The notes under the pieces were generated by a model. That model had not been told where the DNA came from. It saw only the letters and a program-made list of their open reading frames with translations, and searched no databases. A program made the translations under genes and the position numbers. A stretch of DNA of 63,813 nt, filler included, from Dirinaria sp. TL-2023a (lineage: Eukaryota): assembly GCA_051941275.1 (NCBI GenBank). It is 33 parts of 33 records of this genome, joined end to end, with 100 filler letters (N's around TTAATTAATTAA, not from the genome) between each part and the next. Parts side by side here need not be neighbours in the genome. Positions count along the whole stretch, not along the records: positions 50,538 to 52,354 come from JAVEBF010002523.1; positions 52,455 to 54,270 come from JAVEBF010002524.1; positions 54,371 to 56,183 come from JAVEBF010002525.1; positions 56,284 to 58,091 come from JAVEBF010002526.1; positions 58,192 to 59,999 come from JAVEBF010002527.1; positions 60,100 to 61,906 come from JAVEBF010002528.1; positions 62,007 to 63,813 come from JAVEBF010002529.1; 26 more parts are not named here. One strand, written 5' to 3'. Of this stretch, positions 50,538 to 63,091 are shown in pieces (the stretch's first letter is position 1; the number at the start of each line of letters is the position of its first letter).

Positions 50538-52354
50538 CTTTTAGATCATCTCATTTGACGTCAAGCGAATCAATCTAAAGCAATCAAATAATGACCAAAA
50601 ATTACAGTGACGTTTTGAAATGTGATCGACAAGATCACGTTGCGATAATTTTGACAGAAACTGACTTCGCTAAATCAATGTTTGCGCTGCGTTTGATATA
50701 AAGCCTAAGAGAATCAATTTTTGCTAGCAAACTAGTAGCTTTCAGAACATACTTCAACAAATGTTTCGAAAGATGACAATCAACGAACGTTGAAGAGTCG
50801 TCTCGTAGCTAGTTGTCACGCGGTCGATCTGCTTATGATCTAATCGACCAACTGTCACATCGTGAGTTGAAACAGAATCAAGAACTACACGATTCGCATG
50901 CGATCGCTCTGATATCAACAATCTCAGACTTCTTCAGAAGTTTTATATATTACTTTCTCTAAAGCATAGGATCGAGAGGTTTTGAGACCTCATTGTAATC
51001 GCATTTCTTGCGAACAAGGACTCGTCATCTGCAAACTTTCATAGTCGCATGAGTGTTAGTACTAACATCGTCTGATAAAGGAGAACCCGAAATACATGAT
51101 AAATGGTACTTGTTTGAGCAGCGAAGTCCAAAAAAAAAGGAGTCATCCACACAATATCTATGATCTTCAAAAAAGACTGGATGTGCACCCCATATGTGTT
51201 ACACACGCTCAAAGGTGATGTTTATCGAGAATGACTTAAGCATCGTTTTTTGATAAGCGCCATGGAACGAGATTTATGATCAAGAGCGATGTTCGTTATA
51301 GGAATTAGCTATACTGAGCGCCTGAATGCATATCTTCAGTGCGAAGCTATCTCGTAAGAAACTTGTGGCATCGAAGCTGTGAGACAGTGACTAGTTGATT
51401 CAGTCGATAACCAACATTGCAATATGTGAACATAATCTTATTCATGCGCCAAGTCAGACTTTGTGCTATTATTAACTAAGTTGATATGATGCTTCAGCCC
51501 TAGATTTTTCAAATCGGTGCTCGAGACTCAAGATGACTCTTCTGTCATCGCTGCAAGAAGCGCGCTGAAAGTTTCCCCTTGTTTCTTTCTTGTGCATTCC
51601 TTTATTCGCTATCTTCATCGTATTCATTCTCATTCATCTCATCATTCTCGTACTCATCGTCAGAGCTGTCGTCATATTTCGACGTAGATATTGAGTAGTT
51701 ATCATCATTTTCATCGCACTCTCTACCCTCTCCTTCACTGTCTCTTGAGAATTCACTATCATCTTCACTCTCAACATTATACTCATGCATACACATATAC
51801 TCTTTGCCACTATTATCGTTCTTGAAGCTACTACATACCTCGTCATCCTGACTCTCGGCTTTGATAAGTTGATAAATCTGCGCTAACACGATCTTCTCGA
51901 TCGCATTGCAGTAGATTGACGAAGCTCGATGCTTCGCTACTTTGACTGCGATCTCTAACCAATCGATTTGATCTAAAAGAGATTCTAAAACCCTTTGAAG
52001 TTTCAGCGAGAAGATATTCAAAATCGAGTTCGACAATGAATGACATAGACTAACGATCGAAGAGTCACGTAAGAGAGTTGTGACATTTCGTTCGTCTTCG
52101 TGTTTCGTTGCGTGAACTAGATTATCTCATGTTGTTTCAAATGAGATAAAGAAAATCCCCTCGATCTCCGAGATCATCGAATAAGAAGTGAGCGAGTAAA
52201 CGTGAAGAGATTGAGAGTTTCGCGAAAACAAGAGAGATGAGAGTCGAAGATATTGAGCTGACAGATCTGTCGTATTTGAAACGTTCATGAGTAAGATATG
52301 ACAAATTGACTTTCAGAAGAATTTTCTGCTACTGCTCTTGAGATTGAGTAGATT
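50538..52354. repeat. Probable degraded repeat of unknown family
   Basis: CC/GG-poor and TCGA-rich like the transposon relics; broken ORFs including an acidic tract; no domain recognised. Confidence 0.5.
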
Positions 52355-53048
52355 NNNNNNNNNNNNNNNNNNNNNNNNNNNNNNNNNNNNNNNNNNNNTT
52401 AATTAATTAANNNNNNNNNNNNNNNNNNNNNNNNNNNNNNNNNNNNNNNNNNNNATGAAAAGGGGATGCGGAAAGCTTGCAATATTAACAAGTTCATAAA
52501 GGAGATATCGGTAGCCGAGATATAAGTTTTAGCCTCAAGGCTGAGAACGTAGGCACTTAGGGTACATTCCCGCCTGGATATATAGGATAGCTTGACACTT
52601 GACTGTCATCTCTACGTGGCCAATATCTATTCGAGTAGGCATCAAATGATGGTGGGAAAGCAGATGTATCCTTAGAGAGTGTCAATGTATCTACACTAAA
52701 GGATCGTCATTTCTGAAATGAATGATATTGTGCCAATAAGATGTGAAAGCTGCTCGAGAAAAATTCAATGTTCTTTAAAGACCCATGCGCATGGTCGAGG
52801 ATAACTTACAAACCCATCACATACATGTGCGTAGAACATATTTGAGAGGTTTTCCACCAATAGGGATAAGACTCTATATTCGCTTCTAAAACTCTACCAC
52901 TCTTCGTGCCTTGATATACTTAACCTTCTCTTGATTAGTACCGCTAAGGGTAATGTAGTGCTCCACTTGCTCGATAGTCCCTGTATGTCTGCGGTAACAG
53001 AGAGCGGGTAGAGCTGTTTTAGCCGCAGAACATCATCAATCTTCAAAA

Positions 53049-54270
53049 CTATCTCTCTCCAGCCTCTTTAGACCCCAAGAGTCGCATTTCCATTGCTAGT
53101 TCCGCAGCGGCAATTTCTGAGCACTCTTTTGAGCACTTCCCATCCACTCTGGCCACCTCGCAATCGTTTATCTCAACCACGCATAGGCCAGTCCTTAGAC
53201 CATTTGCGTCATTGCCATGTATATATGCAACTTTCTTTCCTGAGAAAAGCTCACACAACCGAGACTTAGGATGGCGTAGATCAATCTCATGGTCGAAGAA
53301 GTGTCTTAATTGGGTAAGAACACCAACATCCTCCGCAAACGACTTACACTGCGTCAGATCACCTTTGCTATCGATATAGATAGCACCGAGTAGACTTTGA
53401 ATAATGTCAGAGAAGAAACTATCCGCAGCTAGTCGCGCTAAATCTTGCCAAGGATAAAAGGACCCATCTGATAGAGCTGATCGGATTGATTCGGAATATT
53501 TTGTGTACCGTTTGAGGGATTCGTCCCTTCCTGTGGCGATTGCGGCACCACTGCATCTTAAAAACTTCCATATAAGGAGTGATTCACGACTATCCGCGCT
53601 ATCATATTCGTCATTACTGGTCTCTGCATTATCAGCTACTTTCATATCTAGTGACGCCCCCATGCAGAGAAACCCTAGGAAATCTGCATTGGTGGATGCT
53701 GCTTTACAGAGATGCATTTTATCCCGAGAAAGGAACTGAACGTCGCGAGTCAAACACTCGGTAACAACCATCTCTAGGACGGCATCCCCCAAGAATGCAA
53801 GCCGCTGATAACTGCAGGTCGAAATGCTCCAATCGCAAGACGGATGTGTCATTGCTTCTACCAACAGACTCTTATCATGAAACGAAAGGCCCAGTAAAGG
53901 TTCCAAGTCCATGAAGTGGGGGGGGAGCTCCTTGGGTTTTGGTCGGGACGTGATGTAAGTACCATCATATAAAGCCGCCCAAGACCATTCTTTGATCTCA
54001 GGTAGAAAGAACCTTGCGCAATCTATTGCATTGGATAGATCTTTATCTAAGAAAGCAGCTCCGATCAAGGCTTCGACAGCACCAGCCAGCAGCTTCACGG
54101 CCAATAGCCTCTCTCCTCTGGACCGGCTAGCTCCTATCTCGGAGATGTAGAGTGGTTTCCAGTTATGACCGTTGAAGTTCGTGGTGAGAACGAATTCGTC
54201 CAAACCAGCCTTCAATGCCGCTTCGACCAAACGGCTATTGGATACGATCAAGTCCCTTTGCTTTGAGAGA
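53049..54270 (-). CDS. Dicer-like (DCL2-type) C-terminus: end of RNase IIIa, RNase IIIb and dsRBD; catalytic residues substituted
   Basis: IVSNSRL...VEALIGAAFLD; LLVEAMTHPS..SYQRLAFLGDAVL; FFSDIIQSLLGAIYIDS; HPKSRL...AEIAAAE-type end. Confidence 0.9.
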
Positions 54271-54370
54271 NNNNNNNNNNNNNNNNNNNNNNNNNNNNNN
54301 NNNNNNNNNNNNNNTTAATTAATTAANNNNNNNNNNNNNNNNNNNNNNNNNNNNNNNNNNNNNNNNNNNN

Positions 54371-54790
54371 GTTTTAACGCAAACATGTCAGTTTCTTTGA
54401 ATATATGCTCTTTTTTTATGACGTTAAACGCACGCAATTATCATGTGATCTGCATGTTTAATATGTTCAAATTAGAAATATGTTTTCTGTTATCGTCTCT
54501 TACGCAGAACAATCATTTTTCGAACAATGTGAATGTCGTTTAAATTTTGCTCAAATCTCAAACATCTCAATCATTTCTGATGAATATGATGATCGAGAAA
54601 AAAATTAAACAAATTTGAGAAATTTGCAAAATAAATTCATGCGACGACATCTCGTGCAAACAATCATTGACTGTTTTCGAGAATTATGTTACAGCGTTTC
54701 AGCTCGATCGATCGTTTTTTGAAAATCATCATTGTTGCACATCATGACATTTGATTTTTTCTGATTCGAAGACTGCTCGTTTCGTTTCGA
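54371..54790. repeat. AT-rich, CC/GG-depleted repeat relic abutting the Cys-rich gene
   Basis: Same dinucleotide signature as the other relics; abrupt change to normal composition at ~54795. Confidence 0.6.
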
Positions 54791-55655
54791 GTCTTCAGTG
54801 TCTGCACCTTCAGGCACCTAAAGAACCTCCAGCCAACCTCCATTGCACCTGCACCAACGAATGCACGCGCCGCTGCGTCTGCCGAAAATGGGGTTCCGGC
54901 TGCTCCAACGCTTGCGGCTGCGTCTCCCAATGCCAAAGCCAACTGAACGATCTCCCTACGCTCTTCAGTCAAGACGCTGATCTCGACAACCCTCTGCGGG
55001 CAACCCCCTGCTTCACGCGCTACCTGGCCAAACACCATGGCCCTGATCTCACACGCGATGAATTCGTCGAGAAGCTGCGCTGCAAGATGATGGAGACAAG
55101 ATACGGAGAATATACCCTCACGGATAGCGCTAGTTGGGCCTTCGATGAGCGGCAACAATTTGGCAGCGAGGACTTCATGGCCAGGTGGGGTAAAACCTGG
55201 AAAGCAGGTCTCGATACCGCTGAAAGCGCGAATGAGCTTGTCAGGCGTGACGCAGCTATACGGGCACTGTTACGATACGGTCTCACCACCGAGAAGCCCG
55301 ATGAAGCGCACTGCGATGAGTGGTTCTACTCATTCTGTCGCGGGACCTGGGAAAGAGATATGGGTCTGTGGCATTGCAGGCAAGCAGTCCCACCTCATCG
55401 CAACATGGCGCAAGTCGCTAACCAGCAAGCAGACACTGTCACGAATGCATGTCCAATAAAATGTGGCACTGCTCTCGCTGCAAAAAATGCGTGCCTGGCG
55501 GCAGCATCGATAGAGATATGCCATGCGAGACATGTGGAGGAGTGTCTGATTCCTATAATGAGCTCGCTGTGAAAGGTTATATTCCTCCGGATGGATATAT
55601 TGGTCCTGATCCATGGGGGCCTCCGCCGGATGATTACGACTCGGATTATATGTAA
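54751..55655 (+). CDS. Cys-rich protein with CXC/tesmin-like N-terminal cluster and C-terminal CxxC zinc ribbons; start codon unclear
   Basis: CTCTNECTRRCVCRKWGSGCSNACGCVSQC; GC-AG intron 55380-55432 (GCTAAC branch) gives WHCRHCHECM..WHCSRCKKC..PCETCGG. Confidence 0.65.
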
Positions 55656-55958
55656 GCAGTGGTGCATACATACTGTGAGGGTCAAATGACACAGAGCAAG
55701 GGGACATCGCCTGGGATTGGCGCAGCCACCATCGATCATCGATTTGATTTGTTAGCAATCCAAAGAAAGCCAGAATTTGCTACAGTAGTGATTGCGACCC
55801 CCACCGGAAAATTACGACTCGGATTACATGTAAGCTGTGGTGCACACAAAGTATAACGATCAAAAAAAGTACAGGGCAAGAGTATGCCTCCTGGGAATGG
55901 GGCAGCCACTATACATAATCGATCCCATTTGTTTGTAATCAAAATCAAACCAAAATTT
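55620..55958 (+). repeat. Diverged tandem duplication (~179-bp period) of the stop-codon and 3' UTR region
   Basis: ccgga..attacgactcggatta(t/c)atgtaagc(a/t)gtggtgca...cctggga.tgg.gcagccac at ~55620 and ~55799. Confidence 0.8.
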
Positions 55959-56414
55959 ACTACAGCCGTGATTGTATATCAAAACAGATGCGTGACTCAA
56001 TAATCCTCACCCAGGCCCACGAGATTGAGTGCTCAGAAGAATCATTTCTTATCGGCGTGAAGTCTTCAGTTGCTCTATGGCAAAATTTATACTCGTGTCT
56101 CCCCAACTTTTCCCAAGGAGCCATCCCATCCTCTCGACCACCTACCCACACTCTCCTCACAGAACGCACACAAACCCATCCATNNNNNNNNNNNNNNNNN
56201 NNNNNNNNNNNNNNNNNNNNNNNNNNNTTAATTAATTAANNNNNNNNNNNNNNNNNNNNNNNNNNNNNNNNNNNNNNNNNNNNGTGAAATCACGGGGCAA
56301 ATTCCACATGATAGAAGCGGCAAGGGATCAAGACTGAACCCTTTGATTTTGTTTTCAAGACTGTAAAATTATGACGTTTGAAGCTGGCTTTAGCCATTGC
56401 TGGTTGCAGAAACA

Positions 56415-58091
56415 TCAAGTGCTTGTAGCACGCAGCAGATTTTGCCGCTCGAACAACCGTTCTACAGGATATCGAATATCTTTGAACTCTTGGCTGCTTT
56501 CTTTATCTCTAAGGAAAATTGTAAAAGCAACCGTAAGCGGCAAGGCAGTTTCCCATTCGAACCGATCTGCAATACCATACCATTTCTTGGTACAGGCATC
56601 CGCAGTCCAGTCTTCGTGATCCTTCAGTGCCATGTGGAAAAGCCTTTTTGCGACGCTGCATATAATTTCAAAAAATTCGCGCATACCTTGTAGTGACTTC
56701 ATATCCGCTTGCACTAAATTGGGATTAAATTCGTCTGACTCTGTGGGTGTCTGATATTGTTCATCACGTTCGATCCGGAATTGCTCGTCAAGCTCGTGCA
56801 TCTGGTTAAATAGATCACCTTGCTGTGCGATGATATTCTGAGCGCCAACAGGTGTTTTCGCCCTAAGTTGTGACAGGGAATCTAGTACATCTTTGAGCTT
56901 AGAAAGGAGGGTTTCCAGGAATTCAATCGATGCATCCTTAACCTGCGAATGAGCCGTAAAGTGCTTCGTGTCGTCGGCTTTGGTATCTGGCGCGATCGAA
57001 CTCTCGTCATGCTTCGAAGCTGTCACAGCGGACGGATAAGGAGTCGTCGTATTGAGAGCATCTACGGTGGACGAGTCACTCAAGAGCTCAGCGCCTTGTG
57101 TGTTTGCCCATCGTTGCACTTTCTCGTCCGCTGTTGCAGGGTCATTCGAGTCTTCGTACATCCAAAGTGTGTTTGGATCGAGGTTGGCTCCTGAGAGCTG
57201 CTGCTCTTCGCCACTGTCACCTGAACGAATTCCGGGAACGCGTGCACCACCGCCGTCTCGAGAAAGTTCTTCGACTGTGTCGTGCTGCGGGTGTTCGGCG
57301 TCGCTACTCTGCCTCGACTCATCGACTTCCCTTTGAATACCCAGAACAGAAATTGCGGTAACCAAATGATCAGGGTAATGCTTTGCGAGCTCTTTGATCG
57401 TATTTCGAAGATGCTCATAATGCATTTCAGCTCTCATGGGTAGGTTCACTTCTTTCCAGCAGGACTTGTCCGTATTTCTCGAACGGCTCTTACTGTTAGT
57501 CGTCAGAAGCAATGGTCAAATTCTAGATTAATGCTGCATGGATTCAATTCAGACACACCTTGGATTTCTATAATGCACAGATAGGATGTCGAAAAACGCG
57601 GAACACTCATCTACAAAACCCATAAAATCTCTTGGGCTATCAATACTGCTTGTTTCGATTTTGGCTTCCAAAATGTCGTCCATATTAGACCAAAATGCAT
57701 AGTCTTCCGCAGTGTAATTCTCAAGGTTGGGCTCATAATCACGCTCGTGGATTCCAAAACTCTGTACAAGAAGTCGGAAACAGTTGCATAGAATGGAGGT
57801 GGTCTTTGTCAAGATACGCAGTGATTGCCGGCCAGTATCAAGACCCCGCATACGAATTTTCGAATTCACGTCTATTACCGAGGAGCATCGTCGTATATCC
57901 CCACTGAGGGCTCGGAATCTCTCCTCAGCTTCAATGAGCCATGAAGCTGAAACCCGAATCGGCGGCACTATGAACTCATTTGCAAATGTGCAGGTGAGAT
58001 CGACGAGCTCAGCTGCCTCTTCAAGCTGTCTTTTGAAGGCTGCATAGTACTCCACTCTCTCTTCAATCGCCTTACCTTCGCGGAGGATTTG
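56415..58091 (-). CDS. Hypothetical protein, probably multi-exon, 5' truncated
   Basis: Two long same-strand ORFs (168 and 365 aa) separated by an intron-sized gap; no family recognised. Confidence 0.5.
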
Positions 58092-60099
58092 NNNNNNNNN
58101 NNNNNNNNNNNNNNNNNNNNNNNNNNNNNNNNNNNTTAATTAATTAANNNNNNNNNNNNNNNNNNNNNNNNNNNNNNNNNNNNNNNNNNNNCTTGGATAC
58201 GTTGCACCTGGTGTATCGTTGTACCGTGCTTTCGTTTACCAGTCTTCATCAGCAGCAAGAGTTTTGCAATGCTGCCACCTGCAATATTTGAAAGCCGAGC
58301 TAGTGTGGAGATCTGACATTACTTTGTGTCAATCCGTCATTTCACACACGAAGAAGCGCGCTGTTTCCATTTGGGGAACAACGAAGGCCGCGGACAGCAT
58401 TGCACATCTATACATGGTGAGCATTCAAGTCACTAAGCTAGGAGATCTCGATGCGCCTTCACTTTTTATTTCGCTTTCCCTTGGAGATTATCCTATGATT
58501 TCCTTTTGAAGTGTGAGATCAACAGAGCGCTTTGATTGCATATTAGCAACATCATATCTGTTGAGAAATCCGTGGATCTGTTGATTTTTTCCGATGACTC
58601 AGATACTCGTAATCGGGTGAATCCTCTACGTGGTCTCTGTTAGTTCGAAGTGCTTTCAATGTTCGATCAAAAGCGCTACTATACAAGAAATTGATGATTG
58701 AGGCATCGCTGGCCGCGGAAGCGGCTGCCTCTGACGCCAGCTGCGTATTTACTCTACCTATAAGGCTAATGATGCCTAGAGTGGAAAATGCGGCGGGCTA
58801 GAAACAATGGGAAAGACGTGAAGAGGTGGAGAAAGGGCAATTCGCACCATCAGGCAGCAGCTGCCACACCTTGCATGCTGCATATGCATTGGGTCGCATG
58901 TGAGTCGGTACGTATCTACATTCGCCACCGAGACCCCGCGTCCTGGGCAAGAAAGACCAGTTGAGCCTCACCACCATGCTTGCACTTGCTTCAGGGCTTT
59001 TTTGTTCTTTTTCTGCGCTTTTTCTTTGTTTAGGATCGTGATAGACCTTTTACGTATTTCATCTTCTGACATGGAAAAGCCTTCGGACCAAAACCTATCA
59101 GGGTACTAGTTTCGCTGATTTGTTTGTTTCGCAAGTGGATAGGGTCGGCTGGATGAGCATCAGATCGAAGGAAGAAAAGGCAGAAGGAAATTAAGCCGCA
59201 TGACTCACTAGTATCACTAGTAGGGACGCCTGCTTTTTGCCCCCTTTTTTTTGTGCAACTGATTCTATTCCCAACGAAACCTTTCAGCCTCCTTTACCCT
59301 CCCTCTTTTCTCTCTCTCCTTGAAAACCTCAAGTCGTTCCCCCTATTTCCCAAGTTCACAAAAATCTTCCTTTCCTCTCCACGGTTAAAAAAATAAAGGG
59401 CCGTGTTAGCAACCTTTAACCTATACCTCACCTTCCCTCCCCTCACATCTCAAAGCAACACCAGAACCATGTCCCCCATAACCCGCACCCCAACCTACCA
59501 GTCCACGCACCTCCCAACCCTCCCCACGACATCCTACTCCCCCACACCTCGCCATCACACTCCCATCAACATCACCCGGTGCTACTGTATCAATATCCAC
59601 ATCTCAGAGCACGTGGTCTCTGCCCGCAGTCGCTGCAAAGCATGTCAGCAGGCTGCTGTCGTAACTCAGGGACGAGGGCAGCGGTGAGTCATTTCCAGTG
59701 CATGCTGTTGTAGAGAAGTGGTATGGAGGGGGGAAAGCTAATGGATTGATTGGTGTTTAATAGGGTGGTTAGGCAGGGTAGTTCGTATCGCTATCATGGC
59801 GATCGCGTTCTGGTTCAGAAGTATAAGATGTATGAGTATGAGGATTACGTCGTGCGTGTAGCTAAGGGGTTTTGAGGGGAGGGATATGAATGGGCGAGGG
59901 TTGATGGGGAGGTGGCTGTTGAATGAAGGGTTTGGCAGGCAGGAAGACGTTTCGTTTCGTGTGATGGTAAGGACGCAGAATGAGTGACGGACGTGAAGGN
60001 NNNNNNNNNNNNNNNNNNNNNNNNNNNNNNNNNNNNNNNNNNNTTAATTAATTAANNNNNNNNNNNNNNNNNNNNNNNNNNNNNNNNNNNNNNNNNNNN

Positions 60100-61142
60100 A
60101 AGGTCTCCCGCATCTTCGTTGAGCAGATGAGCCATGTTCTTCTCGCTCTTGTTGAAGTCCTCAAGGTACCTCATGACTGTGATGCGTGGGGCACGTTGAT
60201 TGATGTATGCTGCGGCTTGACTGATCGCTAGTGGCACAAATCCCAGAGCCTCCAGGAGTCTTAAAGCCACTCGATCATCGAAATCGCTTTGAGCCTTCTT
60301 CTTGAAGAGCCTTAATGCTTGGCTTTCGTCCATAGATTCCACCTTGATAGTGTCTTCATACCTTCCTGTTAATCTCACAGCTACATCTCTGTTGCGAGAC
60401 GTAATGAGAATCGATCCGTTCCGTGTTTGAGGAAGATAGGCATGGAGAGGTAATGCAGCTCGAGCCACTTCACTAGCACCTGTCTTCGCCCTTTCTTCGC
60501 GCAGATCAAAAAACAGATTTGAATCATCTGCATTGTCGAGGATCATGACCCATTGTCCATGTGTCTCGTCGCAAAGCCAGTCGAAGACCAGTTGTACGAT
60601 ATCAGCAGTTGGTTCATTTCGGCCAGAAAGTTCAACACGGTTCGCAATCGTTCTGTAGCTTTCTCTGAACCGGGCAGAATTGCTTGCATAGACCCAGAAG
60701 ACCCAAACATGAGGCGATTTCTCTCGCACGCGATATGAGTACTCGATCGCCAGCTGAGATTTCCTTTTCTTTTCATCAGCTCTTTCCCATAGGACTCTAA
60801 CAGCCGCAGTATTTACCCGACGCCGCCCAGGCCATAAAGTGCAATTCGAGAAGCCGGCTTCAAGTATCTCTCTTCGATCTGGGCGAGGATATCCCGATCT
60901 ACAAAATCAGGGTCACGTCGGAAAGGTACGGTGGAGGATGGAGTAAGCTTCAATGGTAGTTCTGCCGGGTCCCGACACAGTCCTAGTCAGTATTTGTGAT
61001 TCCAGGGGTGTCTGAAGCCCGGAAAGATTGAAGAACCTTGCCGACCACCAAAGTTGACGTGTATGTGTCCTGAATTCAACGCTACCTCCACACCCTGATT
61101 GCCGTCGCCGGAAAAGCTTGCATTGGAGTTGGGGACGGCCAT
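60100..61142 (-). CDS. Fungal NLR: short N-terminal PP-like amyloid motif plus NB-ARC, 3' truncated; exons 61142-61037, 60961-60817, 60763-60100
   Basis: MAVPNSNASFSGDGNQGVEVALNSGHIHVNFGGRQ|ELP..STVPFRRDPDFVDR..IALYGLGGVG|KSQLAIEY (P-loop), WVMILDNADD, GSILITSRN, LGFVPLAISQAAAYI. Confidence 0.9.
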
Positions 61143-61531
61143 GCGGAGCAAGTCATGTCGGACGTTGCGGTCTCAGACGGCATATTGCCGGGCTCATAGC
61201 GATTCATCCAGAGACGACGATGGTCTTGAGCGAAGCAGAAACTACCAACCCATCCTCAGCCTCGTCGTAAAATGCAGCTTGAGAACTGCTTTCGCTGCGA
61301 GTCGCTGGAACCTAAGGATCGAGGGAGCTAAGATATTTTAAGTTAGCGCTTTCTGCGCTTAGCGCCTTTGGCTCGCCTAAATTTAATGCCCGACACACTA
61401 GTGAGAAGCTAACGAAAGAGGTACTCATTTTGATTTTTACACTACTACTACTGTAACTTAGAAAGTCAGGAAACCGTTGAATAGACACCCTCGGATATCT
61501 CTGATGAACAATCCTGCGCTGAGAGCAGCAC

Positions 61532-61906
61532 AGCATTATTCTAATTTATGGCTTGCATGCGGGGATGCGGTCACACCGAGACATGGACATTGGACACGAG
61601 ATTTAGGACTTGGTCGACTGTTCTGGCCAAAAGATCTACTTGCTGCCAATACTGCAAAAGGCTCGCATTGTGACTTTCGGCTACAACGCCAATGTGGCCT
61701 ACATTTGGGCCTGACCTGAGGAGAACTGAATGAACACATATTCAAATGATCTTCTGCAGCAACTTATAAAAAACGGATAAAAGATAGATTCGATAAGCTT
61801 CCAAGTCTGACCCTGTCGTATTCACGCTACGCTTGGAACTGAACATTTGATATACAGACGACACGATCAACCATCTGACTAGCGCATAGCTTTGAGAGCG
61901 CTCATC
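61532..61906 (+). pseudogene. SesB-like alpha/beta hydrolase pseudogene
   Basis: Fragments IILIYGLH, ETWT, LFWPKDLL, ARIVTFGYNANV, SNDLLQQL, RSTI*LAHSF, interrupted by frameshifts and TGA stops. Confidence 0.75.
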
Positions 61907-63091
61907 NNNNNNNNNNNNNNNNNNNNNNNNNNNNNNNNNNNNNNNNNNNNTTAATTAATTAANNNNNNNNNNNNNNNNNNNNNNNNNNNNNNNNNNNNNN
62001 NNNNNNCTCCGCCTTCAGCGACATCGATACTGTTACTGCCGAGAACATCCTCTTCGATTCGCCATCCTTCATCAGCTACAGTACTATGTTTTATAGACTG
62101 CAGCAAGTCCTCCTCGATATTCAACACGTCACGAGTACGATTAAGAGATGAAGACCCCGATATTACGAATACAAAGATGTTAATAGGCCGGGGAAGCGCT
62201 TCAGTTCATGGGGTTGTTTTTTGTCTCATTTGAGACCCTCTACTTATTGTCACAGAATGAACAACGAGTATCGAAACGAGCTTCTGAAGTCGCAGAGGAG
62301 ACGTCGATTAGGGGATCGAGGCGATTGTGCCGGAGGAAACCACTCATTAGTACATTGTTATTAAATACAGAAAGATTGTACCTAGATAGGTTGTTTTGAT
62401 GGCCGCATAGCTAGTCCAGATTGAGGACGGGTCAGAGTGCCTAATGAAGTAATCAATCAATCAATCACGAACGAGGCAGCCGCGATGATTAATATCGTTC
62501 ACATCATTGCGAAGAACGAGAATCTGGCGGACGAGCCGGCGAAGTGCATGGCATATGCCTGGCAGCTCTGGGTAGAGAATCAAATCATACAAGAGCTGAA
62601 GCAGATGGAGAGCGCGAACGAGCTCGACGCGAAGGATTGGGAATTTGTTGATGCATGCTTATCTGCGGCGTGTGGCAATCTTTTCTCGGCGGTTGTGATG
62701 GCAAGATATGGCGGAAAGGAGACAAGATTGGTTCTGGGTGGCGGTGACGAGGAAACCTGAATAACGACACCGGTGAGCTCGCATCAGGAAAATGCCAGGT
62801 CTCTTACTTCTAAGATAATTTTCTCAAGCAGCTCTCGAGGTAGGAGCACGCGCTAGTCAGCAAGCAGTATAAGTGTAACTTGACTTGATTGGGACATCTG
62901 TGGGATCAAGCAACTTAGCCGAGTTGGCTGATGATCTCATAGCACATACAGTAACAGCTCTGCTGAAAGCCTTCTCCCCAAAGCCAATCTAACGATAACC
63001 ACAGATCGGAATAGGCTGTAAAAGCTTTGGGACATACCGAGGTTCTCATCCAAAAATTCCCGTTACTCAACAGGTTTGATTGCTTCACAAC

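Noticed and set aside
619..54270. Apparent RNA-silencing/immunity cluster (dsRBD protein, ZNFX1-like helicase, Dicer, NLR parts)
   Set aside because: The genes lie on different contigs ordered by length, so co-occurrence says nothing about linkage.
59469..59880. Possible small two-exon gene with Cys/His residues
   Set aside because: Plausible splice sites but no recognisable homology and an ambiguous second-exon frame.
1866..62006. Regularly spaced TTAATTAATTAA repeats resembling a CRISPR or other array
   Set aside because: Each is embedded in fixed N padding between size-sorted contigs; this is an assembly linker.
62437..62760. 107-aa helical-looking ORF
   Set aside because: No family recognised and no clear start; may be a terminal exon but is unsupported.
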